Below, one piece after another: positions 57,353-64,000 of a stretch of DNA of 64,000 nt. Source of the DNA: Chrysomallon squamiferum (Eukaryota; Animalia; Mollusca); contig CM022672.1 of NCBI GenBank assembly GCA_012295275.1, positions 29,078,001 to 29,142,000 on the forward strand. The letters are read 5' to 3'. Every line of letters starts with the position of its first letter. Within the stretch, counting starts at the first letter, position 1. Under the pieces are notes generated by a model that saw only the letters and a program-made list of their open reading frames with translations, was not told the origin of the DNA and searched no databases. Position numbers and translations under genes: made by a program.

Positions 57353-57795
57353 CTAAAACATTATTTATAAACAAATACTAAACTGTAATCATGAAAATAA
57401 GTTAATATATCTATTGTAAGGATTCATATTTTTATATTAACAGTTATCAGGTATCAACTATATAACTGATTATAACTACATATATATATATATCTAGTCA
57501 CTATTATCATGACATCTTTCAGGTGAATACTCTCAAAGACAGGAAAACATGAATGCATCTGCAGGGAATGACTGTAGTGGTAGGTTACCAATATCTCCCC
57601 TGCGGTTACCGAATTCTAACTATGGAAGCCTGTTGGGCTTTTTAATCCTGCCCTGCCATTGATTAAAAAGTTTTCCATGACTAAAGAGCTTGCAGAATTC
57701 AGTACCAACTGGTCAGAGAGCTGGAAGTAAGTTCATGTGGTGGTTGTTAAATAGGAAGGTTGTTAACATGATGCAAACAAGACCAGTAACAATGT

Positions 57796-57886
57796 AAAAT
57801 AAGATAGTAACAATGCAGGTACAAACCGTTTGTAGTACATAAAAATAAGATAGTAACAATGCAGGTACAAACCGTTTGTAGTACAT
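57796..57886. repeat. 46-bp-period tandem duplication spanning a splice donor
   Basis: aaaataagatagtaacaatgcaggtacaaaccgtttgtagtacat at 57796-57840 and 57842-57886. Confidence 0.95.
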
Positions 57887-57984
57887 GAGAACCAATCCAG
57901 TGACCACTGTGGCAGCTACCAGTATAGGAACAGCAATAAACAATGGTCGCATGTTCGCTCCTTTGGCTTCTGCCTTCTTGCTAT
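57873..57984 (-). CDS. VPS10/SorCS-like receptor, transmembrane exon
   Basis: ttcacacag|DSKKAEAKGANMRPLFIAVPILVAATVVTGLVLMYYKR|GTTTGT. Single TM helix followed by a basic stop-transfer; 112 nt, phase 1 to 2. Confidence 0.85.
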
Positions 57985-60029
57985 CTGTGTGAATTGAAAG
58001 TATAATTATATAACCTGGCAGAATTCAGTTACCTGTGTCTGAATATTTTTTTCAACAGAAAGGATAGCTATACAATAGCTTTTGTAAAAATATTTTAAAA
58101 TCTTTTTCAGCCTCTTCACTTCTGAAGTGCATATGTCAGTTTAACAGCAAAAATTTAAAATTTGTACAATCAACTTAATACATAATATCCAGGCTTCATA
58201 ATGGAAAACTAAAAAATGTGATAAAAACCAATGATTCTTTTTTGTAATTAAATGCACTATGTTAACCTCATAATGGAAAGTGAAAAATGCTATAAAAATC
58301 AGAGATTCTGATTCTAGGCCATCACTATAAAACCATAACCACAAACTCTGACAATATGTAGACTGTGATTATATTAATCTTGTATATGGTTAATGGTTAA
58401 CACTCTCCATCTGACATAACTGCAGCTACGTTAACACTGTGAATGCTCTCCTGAATTAAAGAACTATTTACTGTTTGTGTGAACATTATTAAAAACTATG
58501 GTGGGTGTTACTCTGTATTAAAGAATTAGTACTCTGTATGTTTATTTCTAAAGACAAACAAGGCATGTTCTGTCATCAAGAACTATTTACTATTTTATTT
58601 GTATGTATACTATGAAAAACTATGGTATGTACTGTCCTGGTTTAAAAAATAATTTCCTGTTTTTAAAGGCTGTTGTGTATGCTGTCCTGTCCTACAGTAC
58701 TATTTACTATAATAATGCCAATGTTGATAGCAGCAGGTTCCTTCTTTGTTACTTATATTAACTTTCTTTAGCTCATTGCATGGGCAAATAACAAACAGGT
58801 TGAAAAACAAATGTTCACAGCAATAAATAAATAAATAAATGTAAATATAAATATATTAAGAGAGAGTAATAAAGAAAGAAGGAAGCAAAGAATGGTAATA
58901 TTCTCATTTTATATTTTGAAACAGATTTTTACAAATTTAATGAGACCAAATTATCAGAAAACAGAAAAATTCCTATTGAAAAAACAAAAACATTATTTAC
59001 TTATTTACAGAGCCTGCAATACTGTTAATATTTTGTCATCTTTATAGTCCCATGTGTCATTTTGATAGTAAATCAGTTTCGAAATTATCAAGAATTTTTA
59101 TAACTTGTACTTTCCAGCAGACAGGACAGCAAATATCAAAGCCTTAAAGTAACCATTCTGTGGCAGAGTTTGGAATGTGAAAATGAGCAATGATCCACTG
59201 AAAAAATATAAATTTTTAAGTCTTCAAGGGAGAACAAATTTTTTGTGGAGTTGGACAAACACTCTTGAAAGTTATACTCCTCTACATTGTGTCAGGGAAA
59301 GCATACTTGAATATTAGTAATGCATGTAAGTCTATGTAAATTGTCAACAATAAAACATAACTGAACAAGGCAGAACATGCTTTAATAACAAAACGAAAAC
59401 AGATCCATCAGCATTAATTAAAACTCAACAAAAAGGTTTTCTTTTGTTTTGTTTTTTAAACTCCATGGAAAATGAAATACAGTAACATTCTTATGCACTA
59501 ATGTGTGCCCAGGGAAGTGTTTGCTTGAATATTAGAACATTAGTTAAAAATGAACAACAGAGACTGAAAAAACAAGGGTTTTAGTAAGAACATCCATTTG
59601 TTTCTTGAACTCGTTTGCAACCACAACTCCAAGAAAGATACACAAAGGAGTTTATTTTTGCTCCAATTTTCAGTTATTTAGGAACTACAGAAACATGAGC
59701 TTTAGAAACACAGAATGGATACAAGTTTTACATTTTGTGGTATGGAAACAAAGTGGAATCGTGGCTTTAATGTATAAGCTGCAAGTTGTTTCACAAGTTT
59801 GTTTTCAAAATCCTGTTCAATAAATTCTAAATTTAGACATTATGTATGATGATTTCAGCTTCACTAACATTAAGCTAATCATGTTCAGACAGTTTATACA
59901 ATTATGAAATTTTCAAAAATAAAATGAAAATCTCCTTTTGCTAAAATTAGCTCCTGCGTCATCTAACTGGATAATGGCAAATGGGTTCAGCCTTTGTGTA
60001 CTTTTCACTGAAACTGGTCACAGGTTTAC

Positions 60030-60152
60030 CTGTAGAGTTATTGGTTGTGTTACTTGAAGTCTGTAGTGTGACACCAGGACTGGTTACAGTATTTGTTTTA
60101 TTGTTTGTGTCTGTGCTGGACATGTATCTGATCTTGTCTGTACTGGTGCTAT
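60030..60152 (-). CDS. VPS10/SorCS-like receptor, Ser/Thr/Asn-rich stalk exon
   Basis: gttcccag|DSTSTDKIRYMSSTDTNNKTNTVTSPGVTLQTSSNTTNNST G|GTAAAC. 123 nt, symmetric phase 1-1. Confidence 0.65.
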
Positions 60153-62089
60153 CTGGGAACAGATTAAAGCAGATGATAACTTCTTTAGGATTTAACAATT
60201 TTTTTTTATACAAAACAGTTATGTTCTTTTTTTGCCTTCAGTTAGTGTTTATCTTGAGTTGCTTTCAACCTTAAAGATTTATAATTTAAAGAAAGGTAAA
60301 TTTGGTGTATCATCTATATATAGAAAAGTAAATAAATTATTACAGAGCATCCAATATCCAGTGATAGTTTTGTATACTAAATAACAAAGTATGGAATTAT
60401 CATAATAATATTTTAAAAACCGATTCTGACAAAAATGTAATTTTAGATTATTTAAGTCACATACCAGAAAGAAAATATATATCAAAATTTTACCACAAAG
60501 TACAAACAAGTCTAAATGTGTGACAATAGATATAGAGTAATATAAAAAGGTAAGAACATTTCAGATTATTTCAAAGACATTTACTTAAAAGAATATGTAC
60601 TGTTAACCAATATTTTATCACTAAATGTACAGATAGGTATAAATAGGTAATTAAATTACAAACTATTATAAGAAGAAAAGAGAATGTAAAAAACACAAGA
60701 AAATTTTCCATTATACAAATTCTTAAGAGCTTTTAACAGGTTTGATCCTGAAATATTTTCTCTGTAGTTGTGAGACAGACTGTGGATTCAAGATAAGAAA
60801 CCTGCTGCTGCCATTACATGGACATTACTGAATAAAAAGCAGGACAATATTTACTATTTTAATTTATTTATCATAAAGTTATCATAAACCATGGTGTTTT
60901 GTGTTTTCAGTGGTGAAATAATATTTTATGCTAAAACTATTAACAATGCAATAGGTAACTTTACTTATTTGATTATACCAACATATATCTATGGTTATAT
61001 GGTGAAAAAAACTAAAATACTGTCAGAAAATTATATTTCAGTTTTAACTATCTTGTGTGTAAATATGGAGATATTTTTATTTTGAAAAATATATTGAAAA
61101 TGTTTCCATTCTATTGTATTTCATTTCATATTTTAATATATCTTTTATATACTTCTAAACATGTAAAAATATATGTTTTTGTTCGTTGCGTGTGTGCATG
61201 TGTGTCTATGAGCATATGAATATGTATCTTGGTAATTCCCTGACAGGAATGTTACATTATTTCCATGAGAAAAATTAATAATAATTAAAATTTAATACTT
61301 GATGCTTATTTTAATATTTGATAAGGTGTCACAAATAATTGAGAATCACATAACTTGTTGAGATCCTAGTATATGGCAAAAACAATGAGGAATACCAGTT
61401 TGAATAGAAAACACAACCCACTTTGATACAATTTTCATAAAAATTAAAGCTAAATGAAAATAAAAATAATTTGAAACAAGAGTCTTATAAGGTCAATGTA
61501 ATTAAAAGCTCTTTTGTAAATCTGATGGGATTTAGAATGATCAAGATAAATGCAATCCATTCAGACTAAAAGCAACATATTCATAAATTTTGTTAAAACG
61601 CTCTGACTTGTTACGTTTCTAACACATTGTGTGTTAAGCTGAAATACAGGCTCATTATTACAGTTTATTCATTTAATAATAATGAAAATATTCACGAGAA
61701 AAATAAAATAATAATAAAAAATAAATAATAAATAAACTAAAAAAAAAAAAAGTAAGAATAAATACTTTCATTATATTAATTAAATAAGAAATATATTATG
61801 ATACTTTATTACTTTCTGCATGATCTCTGTTTTTAAATATGTTATAAGTCAAAGTCAAAATTCCTCTGCTCTGTACCATGTTATATATCATTAAGTTCTA
61901 GAAAACAGTTATAACTGCTTTAATCAGTAAATAGTAATGTTGACACTTACAAATAAAAACTAACAAGTTGACTGCTGTAATTTAAAAAACTAACTTAAGC
62001 TGACAGTTGTAAACAAAAACTAACTTATGTTCACAGGCATAAATAAAAAAATATCTTGCTGACAGTTGTGTTTAATCTCAGTTTAACTG

Positions 62090-62530
62090 ATACAAACAAA
62101 GAATAAAGTTATGTAAACATACTTAAAAACAAAGAGTAAAGCTATGCAAACCTATATACAAAGAGTAAATCTATGTAAACCTATATACAGAGAAATGTTA
62201 TGTAAACCTATATACAGAGTAATGCTATGTAAACCTATATACAGAGTAATGCTATGTAAACTTACAAAGAGAAAAGCTATTTAAACCTACATACAAACCT
62301 ATATTCAAAGAGTTAAGCTGTGTCAGACTACATACAAAGAAAAACAAAAGCTATGTAAATCTATGAACAAAGACTAAAGCTATGTAAACCTATGAACAAA
62401 GAATAAAGCTATGGAAACCTATGAACAAAGAATAAAGCTATGTAAACCTACGGACAAAGAGTAAAGCTATGTAAACCTACGGACAAAGAGTAAAGCTATG
62501 TAAACCTACGGACAAAGAGTAAAGTTATGC
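62090..62530. repeat. 29-bp minisatellite, about 15 copies, abutting an exon donor
   Basis: Unit gtaaagctatgtaaacctacggacaaaga, most perfect next to exon 62543-62657. Confidence 0.9.
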
Positions 62531-62542
62531 AGGTCTACTAAC

Positions 62543-62657
62543 CTCCAGTAACCACTTTTGCTGCCATAACTTGCACTAAATGCTCCTTGTCTTGTGTTCC
62601 ATCCATACCAACAGCCAGAGAGTGGTTCTTCACCATATTTATCAATTCCTGGACCAG
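62543..62657 (-). CDS. VPS10/SorCS-like receptor exon
   Basis: ttttggtag|LVQELINMVKNHSLAVGMDGTQDKEHLVQVMAAKVVTG G|GTTAGT. 115 nt, phase 0 to 1. Confidence 0.75.
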
Positions 62658-62734
62658 CTACCAAAACAACGTAAATACTTTATTATTATCTTAGTCATAC
62701 TAATATGTTACAGATAAACATCTATAAATAAATC

Positions 62735-63002
62735 TACCTACCTACCCATCACCTATGTATGTATGTATGTATATGTGTATGTGTGTATGTATGTATGTAT
62801 GTATGTATGTATGTATGTATCTACCTACCTATTTATTTATCTATCTTTCTATTTATCTACCTATATATCTATTTATCAACCTATTTATCTATCTATCTAT
62901 GCATCTACCTATCTCCTTACCTACCTACCTACCTATATATCAACCAGCCTAGCTATCTGTCTACCTACCTACCTATCAACCTATCTACATACCTATCTAT
63001 CT
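62735..63002. repeat. (TATG)n/(CTAC)n/(CTAT)n compound tetranucleotide repeat
   Basis: Visible tetranucleotide runs; source of the spurious ORFs at 62755-63053. Confidence 0.9.
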
Positions 63003-63726
63003 AACCATTTATACATTTTTTATTATTTTTTTATTATTTATTTAATAATTTAACTTTTGTCACCTAAAACAGTAAATGTTATTAAATATAATCACCATCA
63101 TTTACTGTTTTTGTTAGTTTTGTTTTTTGTAATAAAATAAATTTCTTCCTACTTTATTTACAGCTGAAGAATTTTTATTTGTTATTTTTGTTCCATTTAC
63201 CTTTTTTTTTATGTTACATACAGATGGTGAAACACATTTATATATACAATCTTTCAAATAGAGTTTGTAGACACTAACACACACATTTATAAACCATCAT
63301 ACAAATTTCTCTACAAACTAACACTGTGACTGAGTGATTATGGAGTTTAATGTCACAGGGGGATTATTCACCCATTTGTTGTGACTAAATAGTTATGCAT
63401 TTTAATATATGGGTTTTAAAATAGAAGAAGTATGAAAAATTGGATAAAAAAAATTGTAGTTATAATTATATTAATGATTTAATAGCTAGATGAAGAGGAC
63501 ATTATGTAAATGATTATTAGCTTGATGTACAGTCGGTAAGAAATTCAAAACTTTCAATGAAGACCAATTTCCTTTAAAATGATTATATTTGACGACCAGG
63601 GTTCTGAATGAACATAATAAGATTTAGTGACAAATAAAACAATGGGCTTTGATGTTTTTATCATAACTAAATAGATATATATCTACAAAGAAAAAACACT
63701 GAAACGTACACAGACACGCAACTTAC

Positions 63727-63852
63727 AGTTTGCATATCTGCGTCTTTGGTTTTCTTCTCAGTGTTTGTTGAAGGAACAAACATCACGTGGGCTGTCAGTG
63801 GCTTCACAGAATGTAACATGACGGCAAATCTGTCCTGTCCTACTCCCAGAAC
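63727..63852 (-). CDS. VPS10/SorCS-like type I receptor, membrane-proximal luminal exon (gene continues beyond window)
   Basis: tttttag|VLGVGQDRFAVMLHSVKPLTAHVMFVPSTNTEKKTKDADMQT|GTAAGT. 126 nt, open only in phase 0. Resembles the SorCS membrane-proximal domain (from memory). Confidence 0.75.
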
Positions 63853-64000
63853 CTAAAAACAAATTTTTTGTTTCAAGTTTTACCAATCATTTAATCATGT
63901 TCATTTTTAAATGCCTGTTTTGTCTTAATTAAATTCCCTCAGACTTAATCCCAAAATGGCAAAATCCCCAGTACCACTAATAATATTAAGATTTGTGCTA

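Overview
AT-rich, microsatellite-dense eukaryotic (animal) genomic DNA with spliceosomal GT-AG introns. The repeat style and gene set suggest a lophotrochozoan such as a mollusc, but this is inference. I reconstructed four spliced genes by hand. (1) A + strand two-exon rhodopsin-class peptide GPCR resembling ecdysis-triggering hormone receptors (CDS 3885-4263 + 19103-19878, 384 aa, 14.8 kb intron). (2) A - strand gene of at least 10 exons (41530 to 31202) that the ORF track largely misses. Its exons join in frame into about 397 aa with prohormone features, including KR-TRGGTRVNYAALL-GKR, a candidate amidated neuropeptide I cannot assign to a known family; its start/signal exon is unresolved. 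(3) RPL26 on the + strand (TOP-type first exon near 46154, CDS 47248-51012, 145 aa), with a TA-flanked pogo/Tigger-type MITE in intron 3. (4) The last six exons of a - strand type I membrane receptor resembling the VPS10/SorCS family (63852 to 56824), with YSIL and acidic dileucine sorting motifs and a 46-bp duplication that copies a splice donor. The rest is micro/minisatellites, an interstitial TTAGGG-like array, local duplications and transposon remnants. CpG content drops visibly after about 47 kb. Most ORFs in the supplied track are repeat artefacts.
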